A stretch of 64,000 bases of DNA, from the NCBI RefSeq assembly GCF_018350175.1, contig NC_058368.1:26786001-26850000 (forward strand). Reading direction: 5' to 3'. This DNA comes from Felis catus (lineage: Eukaryota). Position numbers and translations under genes: made by a program. Under the pieces are notes generated by a model, which saw only the letters and a program-made list of their open reading frames with translations, was not told the origin of the DNA and did no database searches. Positions 52,493 to 64,000 of the stretch are shown here, one piece after another. Numbering within the stretch: position 1 is the first letter of the stretch; each line of letters starts with the position of its first letter.

Positions 52493-52704
52493 CATCACAC
52501 TAAATTCTGATTTGCTTATAAATCTGTCTCTGAGCTTCTTGAGGGCAGAGACTGTCTCACCCATCTCTGCATCTTGAACGCCTAACACACACCAACAAAT
52601 AAAATCACTCATTATACTGTACCGAGTCAGCTACTTGCACTGCTTTTGCTAACAACATACTGAGTATTGTTTTTGTAAAGAAGAAAATACCAGTTTTAAA
52701 TTCA

Positions 52705-52962
52705 GATGGTAGATTAGATCACTGCTTAAGAAATATTCACCATCATCCCTCTCCTTAAGGAGAAGAGTATATTTTCTCATCCCTTAAACTTAGGCTTGAC
52801 CATTTGTTTTGCTTTGGCTAACAGGATGTTAGTGGACGTGACATAAACAGAAGTTTGAACTGTGCTTGCACAATTGGTCTTGCTCTCTTAACTCCTGCCT
52901 TTTACCATAAGACAAGCATGTCTTGAGTAGCCACTAGTCCAAAGAGGATGAGAGACACTTGC
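52705..52962 (+). mobile_element. Old MaLR (MLT1I/J-type) LTR 5' part
   Basis: taggcttgaccatttgttttgctttggctaacaggatgttagtggacgtgac. Confidence 0.7.
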
Positions 52963-53189
52963 TATCAAGCCTTGGAGTCTGGGTATGTTTTTTTAAACAA
53001 GTCCCCAGGTGATACTGACACCAATGTAGATTATGCCTACCGATAGATTACAGATTAGATAAATAGAAAGACATTTTTGAAAGAAACTTACCAGCCTCAA
53101 GTATTCATCATGGCACCTGCATCAATCAGTTATTTAAAGAGAAGGTAATGGAGATAAGTAGTGAATTTGGTAAGTCAATTAAGTAGCAG

Positions 53190-53495
53190 TTAAGAAATCT
53201 CCTACTTTCCACCTCGTATAGTTCTGTATAACCGTTGCTGTAAATTTTAATTGAGGTTATGACTGTAAAGTAGTCAGCACGGCGCCTGGTATATGAAAGC
53301 ACTCAATAAATGTTATCATCATTATTATATTTTAGTTTTCTTTGTGTTAATTCTAAAACTCACCCAACACAGCCACTAATCACCTCTGCATCTTCGTATT
53401 AAGTAATTTAATCACTCGGTCACTGAGTTTATTCATCTGTAAAATAAAGTGGTTGGAATAGATGATCTTTATTGTCTTTCTCTAAATCTAAAAGT
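53190..53495 (+). mobile_element. MIR fragments
   Basis: gcacggcgcctggtatatgaaagcactcaataaatgtta and ctgagtttattcatctgtaaaataaagtggttggaatagatgatc. Confidence 0.65.
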
Positions 53496-54299
53496 CCCTA
53501 ATTTTACACTGACAGGAATCCATCACATCGGTCTTAAGGTTTTATATTCACTGAGTGCTCCCCTTTCTGATCACAACTGTGATGTCCTGAAAATCTTGTT
53601 TCTTATTTATCTCATCGAAATTCCTCATCCTGTAGAATTTGTTTTTTTAAGTACATTGGACTTTAGGTCAGTTTCTACCCCTATTTATGCCTGGGAACTA
53701 AGAGCTGAAGTACTATAAAGAGAAAAATCCAAACAGGAAAGGTTGTATTTTCTGTTGGTAGGGTCATACTTTTCCCATTTGGGTTTTCTCTGAGGCTTTC
53801 CTCAAGAAAACTAAAGCTCCATTAGCAGACATGCTACAAAAAGGAAGCTGCTATTACTTTAATGATATGGGTCTAATTGCAAGGATGTGATAGTTTATTT
53901 ACCATACACTGAAGAGTGTACATTTCAAGTTGTTCTAGGATTTGAAACCACAAACAATTCATTCAGATACCATTAATTTCACTGAAGGGTCACGGTCTAA
54001 AATTCTGTATATCAACATTCTTACTATCAGTATAACTTCACTTATATTATGCATAGTAACTTAATGATGAAAGAGCAAAATGGAGCAGAAATGAAATACA
54101 CACTTGCCAAAATGGTTAATTTACCATTGCCTGTTTGCCTTCTTTTGCAATGCCTTAACTCTTTGGCTGAAAGTTAGGCTTTTACTGGAGGAAATGTGGT
54201 CTGCACGCACACTGAATCTCACCGCAACTTGCCTATATAACCCCTCTCTCTTGCATCATCAGCTTTCTTTCTGCTGTATCTTTGTTCTCTGCACACAAA

Positions 54300-54866
54300 A
54301 GTGATGTTCTTTCTCCCATTTTAGAAAGATCAAAGCTTCTCTTAGTCACAGCCCTCTCTAGGTACTGCCTATCTTCTGCTTCCTTTCGTAGCAATGTAGT
54401 GCAAAGGTAGTGTGCACATTCACTCTCCCTTTCTTCTCCTCTCATTCTCTCTAGAACTTACTCCTAGCAGGGTCTCACTATTTCAACAAAACTGTTGTGT
54501 CCTTGATCACCAGTTAACTTCTAATTCTCAAATTCTAAAGTTGATTTCTGGTCTAAGTTGATTGTCCTCCTTTTTGAAGTACTTTCTCAATTTGACTTCC
54601 AAGAACACTACACTCTCCTGCCTATCCTTCTACCTCAGTGGCTGTTCCTTCTTGACCTTCTTTCCTGAATCCTCTTCAGTTCCCTACCTCTCATGCTGGA
54701 ATGCCTCAGGGTTGAGCCCTCAGACGTCTCCTCACTAAGTACATTTCTTCCTTACATGATCTCACTTGTCCGATGACTTTCAATACCATCTGTGCAGATG
54801 ATTCCAAAATGTCTCTAGTCTAGGCCTTCCCTGATCATTCTTTCTAAAACAGCACTCCCTCCTGTC
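54300..54866 (+). mobile_element. L2, left part
   Basis: ttgacttccaagaacactacactctcctg...ttctacctcagtggctgttcc, ccatctgtgcagatgattccaaaat. Confidence 0.85.
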
Positions 54867-54867
54867 A

Positions 54868-55116
54868 TTTTTTTTCTATTTTTTTATCACTTTAAAAATC
54901 TACTCTCTCAGCAACTTTCAAATATACATTATAGTGTTACTAATGATAGTCACCATTATTACATTAAATCCTCAGGACTTCTTTACTTTATAACAGGAAG
55001 TTTAAACCTTTTGACTTTCTTCACTCATTTGCCCACCCCACCCCCACCTCTGGCAACCACCAATCTATTCTCTGTATCTATGAGCTTGGTTTTTTTTTTT
55101 GGGGGGGGGAGGAGTT

Positions 55117-55175
<59 letters not shown>

Positions 55176-56070
55176 GATTCCACATATAAGTGAGATCATA
55201 TGGTATTTGTCTTTCTGTATCTGACTTATTTCACTTAGCATAATGCTCTTGAAGTCCATCCATGTCATTGTAAATGGTAGGATTTCCTTCTTTTTACGGC
55301 TGAGTAATATTCCATTGTGTATGTGGATCTTCTTTATCCAGTCATATGTTGATAGACACTTCGGTTGTTTCTGCATCTTGGCTATCATAAATAATGCTGC
55401 AATGAATATAGGGGTACATTTATCTTTTCAAATCAGTGGTTTTGTTGTCTTCAGATAAATATCCAGAAGTAGAATTTGTGGATCATATGGTGGCTCTTAT
55501 TTAACTCCTCAAAACCTCTTATTATAGTATGTGAGCTGGGACTGATGGGAAGGAGTAGCTGTAATGGGCAACCACTGCCCTGAGTAGCATTGGATGCCCA
55601 TCCCGATGGCCATGAACGTGCCAAAGGTGCTGCCACCCTGCATCATGGTTTTCCTGATCCCACCATCAACTCTTGACCCCACACTTTAATCCTTTTCCTG
55701 AGGAAAAGGTGCCAGAAAGTGCCTCAGCCACCACGCCCACTGCACAGCCCATCACAAAAGCCCATCTTCATGGGGTCGAAGCAGTTCATCTGCGGCTGTC
55801 TATAGGGCCCCGTGACCACCAGCATCTCATTCATGTCTTCAGTTACCCGGTTTTGGTTGCTCTATTTTTAATTTTTTGCGGACTCTCCATCCTGTTTTCC
55901 ACAGTGGCTGCACCAATTCCCACCAAGTGTGCACAAGGCTCTCTTTCTTCACATTCTTGCCAGTACTTGTTATCTCTTGTCTTTTTGATAATAGCCATGC
56001 AAACAGGTATGAGGTGATGTCTCATTGTGGTTTTGATTTGCATTTCCTTCACGTTAGTGATTTTGATTAG
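54868..56070 (-). mobile_element. L1MA/carnivore-type L1 3' part hosting a retrocopy
   Basis: Antisense L1 3'UTR and ORF2 C-terminus (ORFs 55173-55388 and 55843-56079 give KQPKCLSTYDWIKK and MQIKTTMRHHLIPV). (TA)n at about 55122-55172. Confidence 0.92.
55503..55853 (-). pseudogene. ROMO1: Processed pseudogene of ROMO1 (reactive oxygen species modulator 1)
   Basis: From the ATG at 55825 (minus): MLVVTGPYRQPQMNCFDPMKMGF / VMGCAVGVVAEALSGTFS / [10 protein letters not shown] / [25 protein letters not shown], collinear with the 79-aa ROMO1 protein as recalled. Three frameshifts, stop mutated to TAC (55584-55586), no intron, short UTRs. TSD tggtggctcttattt (55488-55502) / tggttgctctattt (55854-55867). 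Confidence 0.93.
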
Positions 56071-56071
56071 T

Positions 56072-56312
56072 GATGTCACCTTCTATTCCTTTTCCCTGCT
56101 TTATGTTCCTTCACAGCACTTACTTCTTAGCAATAATTTTATATTATGTATCTATTCATTTGTTTGTTTTTCATGTTTCTTCTGGACTAGGAAGTCAACT
56201 CCATGAGGGCAGGGATTTGGTCTTGTTCCCTGTTGTATCTCTAGCACATGCAACATCATGCAGTATTCGTATATATTAGGTACTCAATAAATACGTGTCA
56301 AGTGAATAATTA
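56072..56312 (+). mobile_element. L2, right part (3' end)
   Basis: ctagaagtcaactccatgagggcagggatttggtcttgttc...taggtactcaataaata. Confidence 0.88.
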
Positions 56313-56646
56313 ATGACAAAATCTTTTCTTTCAAATTGTTCAACACCAATTTCATTTGTGTAATAGTGACAGGTAAGCAATAGTTTAAGCTCTCAAAGAG
56401 TGGGATTACAACAGGCTGCCTGTGTTATACTCAGCATGTCAGGAAGGAGGATGAGCTGAGGGGCACAAGGAAGGGGGCCCGATACAGTGGTAACAATTCT
56501 AATTTGTATCCAAACTGGGGAATGGTAAATTCAGTCCAATCCAAATCAGGTGTTGGTTTTGGGGTAGGGAAACAATGGGATGGGAGGGCCCGAACGCAGA
56601 GATGCAACTTTATAATATCAGGTGAAGACTGTCAACTTAGGTTTCT

Positions 56647-56900
56647 TTTTTTCTTTTCTTTTTTTTAACTTGTTTTCTTTTTTTTTTTTTTTTACATCCA
56701 GATTGGTTAGCATATAGTGCAACAATGATTTCAGAAGTAGATTCCTTAGTGCCCTTTACCCATTTAGCCCATCCCCTCTCCCACAACCCCTCCAGTAACC
56801 CTCAGTTTGTTCTCCATATTTATGAGTCTCTTCTGTTTTGTCCCCCTCCCTGTTTTTATATTATTATTATTTTTTAATATGAAATCTATTGTCAAATTGG
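56647..56900 (-). mobile_element. Short felid L1 insertion made of two different L1 3' termini
   Basis: TSD ttaggtttct (56637-56646, 56901-56910). 56647-56862 matches the 3'UTR type at 8340-8515, while 56863-56900 matches the terminus type at 26530-26565. Confidence 0.88.
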
Positions 56901-59266
56901 TTAGGTTTCTATCAGCAAATAAGGTCTAGGGAAACTATCAGATGTTCTGAAGCAAAAGAAAATGTGCAAAACTCACAAGAGACCTACCACCTTAAGGCCT
57001 GTTTCCTTAATTTCAGTGTAGGATCATGGCTGCCTACAGATGGCTTAATGTTCAGTCCAGTATCAGATGTGGGATGAAGCAGGTATTGTGTAAAATGCAA
57101 AATAAATACGACAAAATCTCTACTTTCAAAGTGCCTGTAGACTTACAGACGATGATAAGACACAGCTAATAAAAATAAGAGCATTATGTAACATGTAACC
57201 TGCTCCAGAGTCATGGAATCGTAGCAAATTATGTCTTTAAAGAGGCTATTTCTGGATTGTGTTTAAATATAGAACTAGTCTCTTGAGTACAAGAAAAAAG
57301 AATAATTTACCAGTCACAAATCTCTTCATCGGTAAAATGTAAGCTTTAAACAGAACTCTTCTGTATGTTTCCTCCCAGTTCTAAATTGCTATCATTCTTA
57401 ATTCATACACATGTAACCCTATATACATATACATACATACATAATAAAAATCTCATTAATTTGGACTTTGCTAAAATGAAATTTGTGATTCACCATCAAA
57501 GTGAGCCTAGATGAATTTTAATTTTGCTCTAACAGAGACATTAGTAGCTTATTCAACAAAGAGCATAAACAAATTATAAAAGGAATGCTCACAAAGTTTA
57601 AAGAACAAACTGTTTCCAAAGCATTCAGAACTCCTATTTGTGAACAAATAGCTAAAGTGTACATTAGCCATTTGGACGAGTGTTTTGATATACTTCATAC
57701 AGATCTCTGGGCTAGGGCCCGCTGGACAGAAGGGGGTTGGCATACCAGTTCCCTGACCCTCACCTCCACTCAGAGCATAGGAGTCAGCTTGACTTGACTG
57801 AAGGAGATGCCAGAGGAAATTGTACCCAGAAGAACCATGGCCTAACTGCTTATCCCTTGAGCCTCCTGCTGTACTTCTTGTTCTGATAGTAAAAAGTGCT
57901 ATGCAAAGCATACGCCAGAAAAGATGCATTCTTTTCCTTAGGAACAGGTTATTATATAAAACTAATTCATTGGAAAAGATTTATCAAATGCCTACCATGC
58001 AGGAGGCACTGATACATATCCTTGTCACATTACGGATGTTTCACTTCCACATTTATTTGTCCATAGCTCTTGAAAATATGCTGGAAGAAGATCTCATTAT
58101 TACACAGTTAGTTCTAATGGGAATTTCAGTTACATTGCCTCGAAAGGCTGCATGTGGACCTCATAGGCAAATGGGAATGTTACCAAACATAGAAACTAAG
58201 GTGATTGATTAGAGAATATAAAATTTAGCAAACTTTTACGATGTAGGTCAGAAAAGTGGAAATTCACAATGAGATGAAAATTTTAAAAAGACAGCAAGGG
58301 AATGGAAAAAGAGATCATGGAAACTGCATCGCTAGAAATCTTCATTATACCTTAGAAAAATAATCACAAAGTGAATACTAAAGAGGAGGTAGGTGTGGGA
58401 AAGCAGGAATAGGAGTCGAACAACCTATCAGCCACTCTCTGTGGCTGAATCAAAAGACTAATCAAGATAGGCAGGCCATGGTCCTCAGTCTCCATTGAAC
58501 ACACTGAGGCCATGTCCAACTTAGTGTTTTTCCTAATGCTGCTTTCCTCACCCATTGTCTGCTTTTTCAGATACTTTTTCAGATTCCTTATTAGAGCACT
58601 GCTGCAATTCCAGCTTCACCTTAGCCCTGATTCCTCCTTCCAAAAATGACAGCCACTTTCTGGATGCCCCACAATATCAAAATTTTGCACTAAATGGTTC
58701 TTTAATAGATGTTGAGTTCTTCCAGATTAGACTACAGATTTCTTATTGGTAGGACTCAGGCCTTATTAAACCTTTTAAAACTTATGCTTTTGAACTTACT
58801 TATGAGCAAAGTCTTACAAGACATAAAAATTAAATCACATTAATTATACATTTAATGAATTGCCTCTATTGAAAAGAATAATATGAAAGTGAAACTACTG
58901 TGGAAAACTTGGGATGTGTGGTCCACATACCCAGTGCACTTGACTCCTTATAAGACATACAAGAAGCACTAAAATATTTTTGACAGACATGTTAATTGAT
59001 GAATGTTTATAAGGGAGTTTTTCTTTACTGAGATCTTTCATTCTAACCTATATGTTCATAATGTATGAAGTTGATTAGTGAAAATAATCAGACAATATGT
59101 CCTAAAGTAAACTCAAGACATTCACCACCATCCTCTAAAGACTGTCTGGCCTCCTGCATCCTCTATCATATTTGATGACATCACCATTCACCCAGTGACC
59201 TAAGCCAGGAACCTGGTGGCCACCTAGCATTTTGTCCTTACTCTCATATTTTATTCCTCATCTGAA

Positions 59267-60086
59267 TGTTCTGTAACCAATTCCAATTTGTGGGGAGAAA
59301 TTTTCCCACACATCACCAAGCAATTCTCCGACACCAGATGGTGTCCTACAATTCAACTCAGTGAAGACAGTACCTGGAGATAGCATCCAATTCCACAGCC
59401 TAAAGGCTCAGTCTCACAGGATTGTCTTCATCCCCCACACCCATTCTTACCCTCACCCCCTCCACTTTATTTGCCAATCCCAAATCCAGGTTGTCACAAT
59501 CAGCTATAGATTGGAGGGTCCCAAGACTCCCTCCTCAAGTTTGAAAATTTGCTAGAATGGCTCACAAAACTCAGAGAAACATTTTACTCAGTGGATTACT
59601 GGTTTATTATAAAAGGATATGACTCAGGAACAGCCAGATGGAAGAGATGCATAGGGCAAGGTATGGGGAAAGGGCAGGGAGCTTCCATACTATCTCTGAG
59701 TGATCCACTGCTTCCAAATCCCTGTGTGTTCACCAACCTGGAAGCTCTGAGAAACCCATCATTTTGGGTTCATTACATAGACACAATGGATTAAACCACT
59801 GGTCACTGACCGTTGGTGATTGATTCAACCTCTAGTCCTGGCTCTTTCTCCCTTTCCTTCAGGGAACTTTCGGTCCCAAACCTTTCAGTATTACCTCAGT
59901 TCTCCTGGCAACCAGACCCCATCCTTTGGTTACAAAGGAGTTTTCCAAAAGTCATCTCATTAACGTAAAAAAAGACACCTTTATGGTTCTCTGCTGTTAG
60001 GAAATTCCTTGAGTTTTAGCAGTTCTCTGCCAGGAAAGGGGACAAAGACCAAATACATATTTCTTATTAGAAATCACAATATCATA
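59267..60086 (-). mobile_element. MER21/MER34-like solo LTR within an L2
   Basis: gtgtcctacaattcaactc, ggatatgactcaggaacagccagatggaagagatgcatagggcaagg, end aaatcacaatatcata. L2-like sequence on both sides (59120-59266, 60090-60560). Confidence 0.8.
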
Positions 60087-61165
60087 TTGTCAAATTCTGT
60101 TGGTGCTCTCAGATCCATCCCTGACTCTCTTTCAGCACAGTTTTTACCTTGGCTCAGGCCTTAATACCCCCCACCAGGTGCTATGGTCATTTCTGCTGGC
60201 CTTGTATCTGGTCTCACCTCTTTCTAATCCATGCCACATACACCTAGGGATGATCTTTCTAAAATACAAATCTGTTTGTGTCACCCTCCTTCCTAAATAT
60301 TGTAATGACTTTTAATGCCTAAAGGACAAAGTCCTAACTTCTTTGCATGTCATTCAAGGGCCCTCATAATCTGTCCCTTTCTTTTTAATTTCAACTTTGG
60401 CCATTTACCTATACACATCGTACCTTCTACCCATGCTAAAATTGTTAAACTTTGAAATACCATGCCATTTCATCTCACTATTCTAAAACCACCTTTGACT
60501 CTACCCATTTATATTACTTGAGTTACCTTCAAGCCTAACTCAAGGACCAATTTCTTTCTCAACCACCACTGCAAGACTGATACTATGGTCTGGTAATTGC
60601 CTTCAATCTATTTTCATATACCCATTTTACCGACTAGATCTTCTTTACTCTCAAAAGGGTAGAGAGGGACATCGCAAATTCTGGTATGGAAACAGAGTAC
60701 GTGGTTTGGCCTTTCATATATTACCATCACCATAATTACCATTCAAATATTTGTTGGATACTGGTAAGTCAAGGATGAGTTTAAAAGAGAAGAAATTTTA
60801 GGGAAGGGAACAGCAGGAACAAAGGCTCAGAAATAGCAGTGAACTTGCAGTAGGCAGAGACTAGCCCAAGGTATTTTTTTTTCCTGACATTTCCTGACAT
60901 TGCTAAATTGAAGGTTTTTATAAAGAAGCTAAAGGTGAGGGAAGGAACAGTGACTCAATCAGCAAAACATGAAACAGAAAAATAACTCAAAGACTTGTAC
61001 CTGGGACGCTGGCAGATTGGCAGCACCTTAACAGAAAAGAAGTCTGGATTACACATTCAGACTAGTTCTCACCATCTCAGTTTGAAAAAAAAAAAATGTC
61101 TAAGAAGGAAAACTGAATGGTTACCTATAAACTGCCTAATAAATGTCCTTGCCAATTTGAGGACT

Positions 61166-61185
61166 TATGCCACCTGGTGGCAGTT
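61166..61185 (-). promoter_or_regulatory. Candidate CTCF site
   Basis: Minus strand CCACCAGGTGGCA matches the CTCF core CCASYAGRKGGCR. Motif match only. Confidence 0.5.
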
Positions 61186-61334
61186 TACCCAATTTTAGAT
61201 TCAATTTTTTAAAGTGGTGTAAACTATCCAAATTTGTACCTACAAACCTTAGCACAGTGCCAGGAACAGAGCCGCTACTTAAACAATTTTTGTTGAATGG
61301 GTGAATTACTTAAGTGTATAAATCAATGATTAAA

Positions 61335-61520
61335 CAAGGCAAAGCTCTGTGGTGAAAAGAGCTCTGGCCTGAAGGTCAAGAGAGTAAATGTGTGGTTCCA
61401 CATCACTACTTGTGGGCTGACCCTAAGAAAGTCACTAGATCTCTGGGTCTCAACACCGGTATATGTAGAATCTCTAAGTAGATGATTTCTAATCTCCCGT
61501 CCAGCACTAACATTACTGAC
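61335..61520 (+). mobile_element. MIR/MIR3 SINE
   Basis: gtggtgaaaagagctctggcctgaaggtcaagaga...gaccctaagaaagtcactagatctctgggtctca...agatgatttctaa. Confidence 0.65.
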
Positions 61521-62604
61521 TTTATATTGGGACTTCAGTTGGCTCATCTGGAAAAAAAATTAGGTAGTCAAAGTTAATGATATGTAAAAATCTCTTAACA
61601 TTATATTATTTGATTTTTTGAATAAATGTGTATGGAAAAAGGGAAGGGTCCATTGTCAGGCAAGAGCCACAGAAATAAGAAGATAATAAGAGTATTGGAG
61701 TTGGAAAAATAGGTTAGGGGAATTTAAAAAGGGCATGTGTATGTTTCAAGGAGTGACATATGAATCCATAAAATGCTGAGAGATGGGAAGAGCATGAAGA
61801 ATCCCTTATTTTGCAAATGTGTGTTTGTGGACATATTGGGAGGAGAGCCAATGTGGTTGTCAGTAAATGGCAGGAAGTACTCACATTATTAAAATGTCTG
61901 TAGTCACTTCTAGTTAGGGGCTTGAATTCCGACAATACTCTTTCTTATTATTTGATACAATGGCTATTTTCCACATAAAAATGTTTGACATCTTAAATTC
62001 AGTTAGATGGGGGGGGGGGGGTAATGACAAGAAACAGTATACATTCTTGAGTACATATTGCCACCCAGTGGATGCATGTGCATGATACACAAAGCATTTG
62101 CAAAGGGAAAGACAAAGGAAGATGACAGTAAGAGGTTAATTATGACCATGTTAGTGTTAAAGCTATGTTTATGCTCAGTGAAGGTCAGATATCATAAGTG
62201 ACCCAAACCTGCATTACCACTCATTTAGAATGCCAGACTAGATCTTAATATACATTTTCTAAGTATTCTGATAAACATTATCAGAGGCTTTCAGCAATGA
62301 GAGAAAAATATTGAGCGTTCTTACCTCTGCTTTAGATACTAAAGTCTCATTAATGCCAATGAAACTTAATGTCCATGGATTTCCAATAAAACAAATCAGG
62401 CGTATTTAACTTACAATAAGGCAGAAAGGGTTCTCAAGGCAGAGACTAGACATTTAAACCTTGACTCCCCAGGGTGCTAACAGTTTTGATCAATTACATT
62501 TTTGGCATAATAATCTTGAGTTTCCCTTCATCAGAAAGCAAATAAAGATTTATTAGAGTAGGGATATATAGAGACAATGGATGGAAGCTGGGTCATTTAT
62601 GTAT

Positions 62605-62612
62605 TGACGTCA
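62605..62612. promoter_or_regulatory. Full palindromic CRE (TGACGTCA)
   Basis: Exact motif with its CpG retained in CpG-poor unique DNA. Confidence 0.3.
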
Positions 62613-62949
62613 TGTTTATGGAGAGATTTCCTAGTGGTTCAACTTGAAGGGGCACAACAAATATACTTCTCATGGAATAACTCCATAAGATTCTTCTGGT
62701 ATTCTGTAGATAAGTCTAAACCTATGTACTATGTTTTCTAAAAAGAATAATAAAATCCACGCAATTGGAAGGACATTGAAAGTCCAAGGAAAACTAGTTT
62801 GGGGTTTTATATCTTGCTATGTTTATGCAGTATCCTCATGAAGAGATTTATCCATCCACTTTTGAGCAACTCTAGATAGGGAGTCAAGTAACTAGGGTGC
62901 TTGTTCTTTGCTGGGTCTGGGATTTATTCATCTAATCCTACTTATAAGC

Positions 62950-63260
62950 TAGTAAGTTAGCCTATCACTGTTTCATGAATGTTGACAGAAGACATGAGAT
63001 GCCTGAGTCAGGCACAAATGACTTCATTATTCACAATTAGCAAGTAGGATGAAATTACATTTGAGTGAGTTTCCCTTACTGCCAAGTCCCATAGGCGCAC
63101 TGGAGAGGGACCCAGGTGCATTCTTTGTACGTCTATTTGTGTCCTATGTTAAAAATCTTTAACTCGGGGAATCCACCACTTTTATAATAAGTGGTAAGTA
63201 AGTGTGCCTTTTGCCAATGGGATCAAACAATGCCTGTCTGGTCCAAGTTGGGAAGAGAAG
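62950..63260 (-). mobile_element. Old LTR-like fragment, family uncertain
   Basis: tgttgacagaagacatgagatgcctgagtcaggcacaaatgacttcattattcac resembles the antisense U5/R of old ERVL-type LTRs. Confidence 0.45.
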
Positions 63261-63340
63261 AAGTTTTAAATTTAGATCAGATTGGACTCAATATTCCCAA
63301 ATTTACTACAAGTTGGAAACAAGCAAGTCTAATGATGGGT

Positions 63341-63378
63341 AAAACAAAACAAAACAAAACAAAACAAAACAAAAAACA
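63341..63378. repeat. (CAAAA)n repeat
   Basis: Seen directly. Confidence 0.9.
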
Positions 63379-63496
63379 TGGCTGAAAGCCCTAAAATAGA
63401 TCTCTATTGCAAAAGTTCTTTCTTTATAGTGCCTTTAATATATCATTATTTAAATAAGTTCAGCTAAACATTGAAGATATAAAAGTACCCAGTGAG

Positions 63497-63665
63497 CAGT
63501 GATCCTCAACATTGGCTACACATTAAAATCATCAAGAAAGCTTTCAAGTACACTGATGTTACTGTGTAACACTCATACCCGCCATTCTAACTGAATTGAT
63601 TTGGGGTAATTTTTAAAGCTTAACAGGTAAGTCTATTAATGCAGCCAATGTTGAGAACTATTGCT
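63497..63665. mobile_element. MER5-type hAT-Charlie MITE
   Basis: Inverted termini cagtgatcctcaacattggct ... agccaatgttgagaactattg. Confidence 0.8.
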
Positions 63666-64000
63666 TTAGAAATAGAGTCTACCAAAACAAAACAAAATAC
63701 TTTTACTACTTTACTTTCAAATATCAACAGAACTATTGACAAGCTATTGAATTTTCATGGAAGAGACCTACCTATTTGATCTTCACTCTCGGGATCCCTG
63801 TCATAGTGATTTGATTAAATGAATGTATTCCTTTCATTAATGGGATATAAGTAAGTTCATTCCATGGGGTCAGGGACCAAGGCTCTTGTGTAATATAAGA
63901 TAAATACTAGAATATATTATTACAGGAGTGGAAAGAAATCAACAGTTTTGAAAACACATATTGATCTCTAACATACATCATTCCCATAGAAGACATGTTT

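Noticed and set aside
55673..56017. 114-aa plus-strand ORF
   Set aside because: Antisense reading of the ROMO1 retrocopy fused to L1 sequence.
1..64000. Prokaryote-type systems (CRISPR, operons, defence islands) and naming the host gene
   Set aside because: The sequence is mammalian intronic or intergenic DNA, and no coding exon was found that would justify a gene name.

Overview
This is mammalian nuclear DNA from a cat-family (felid) genome. It carries 14 tRNA-derived Can-SINE copies of the felid type, young felid-type L1 3' ends and many older eutherian repeats (L2, MIR, L1M, HAL1, MaLR/ERVL LTRs, hAT and Tigger DNA transposons). I found no intact protein-coding exon. The supplied ORFs I could assign come from SINEs, L1 ORF2 tails, an ERVL integrase remnant or microsatellites, and the rest look like chance ORFs. 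The best-supported items are: (1) a degenerate processed pseudogene of ROMO1 (55503-55853, minus) inside an L1 that is itself inside an L2; (2) a two-LTR ERVL provirus remnant (32741-34937); (3) a twin-primed, 5'-inverted L1 (26490-27255); (4) a chimeric insertion with two different L1 3' ends inside one target-site duplication (56647-56900); (5) a CpG-rich solo LTR inside a Tigger element (5780-6061); (6) a near full-length HAL1-like element. A repeat-poor block at about 35.8-40.5 kb has two strong minus-strand splice signatures (an exon ending at 39491 and a 90-nt exon at 37237-37326). These may be the non-coding 5' end of a gene or lncRNA that I cannot name. Candidate regulatory motifs include a SOX-OCT composite, two CTCF-like sites and a full CRE. 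I found no convincing new biological system. All repeat family names are from recognition by eye, not a database search.
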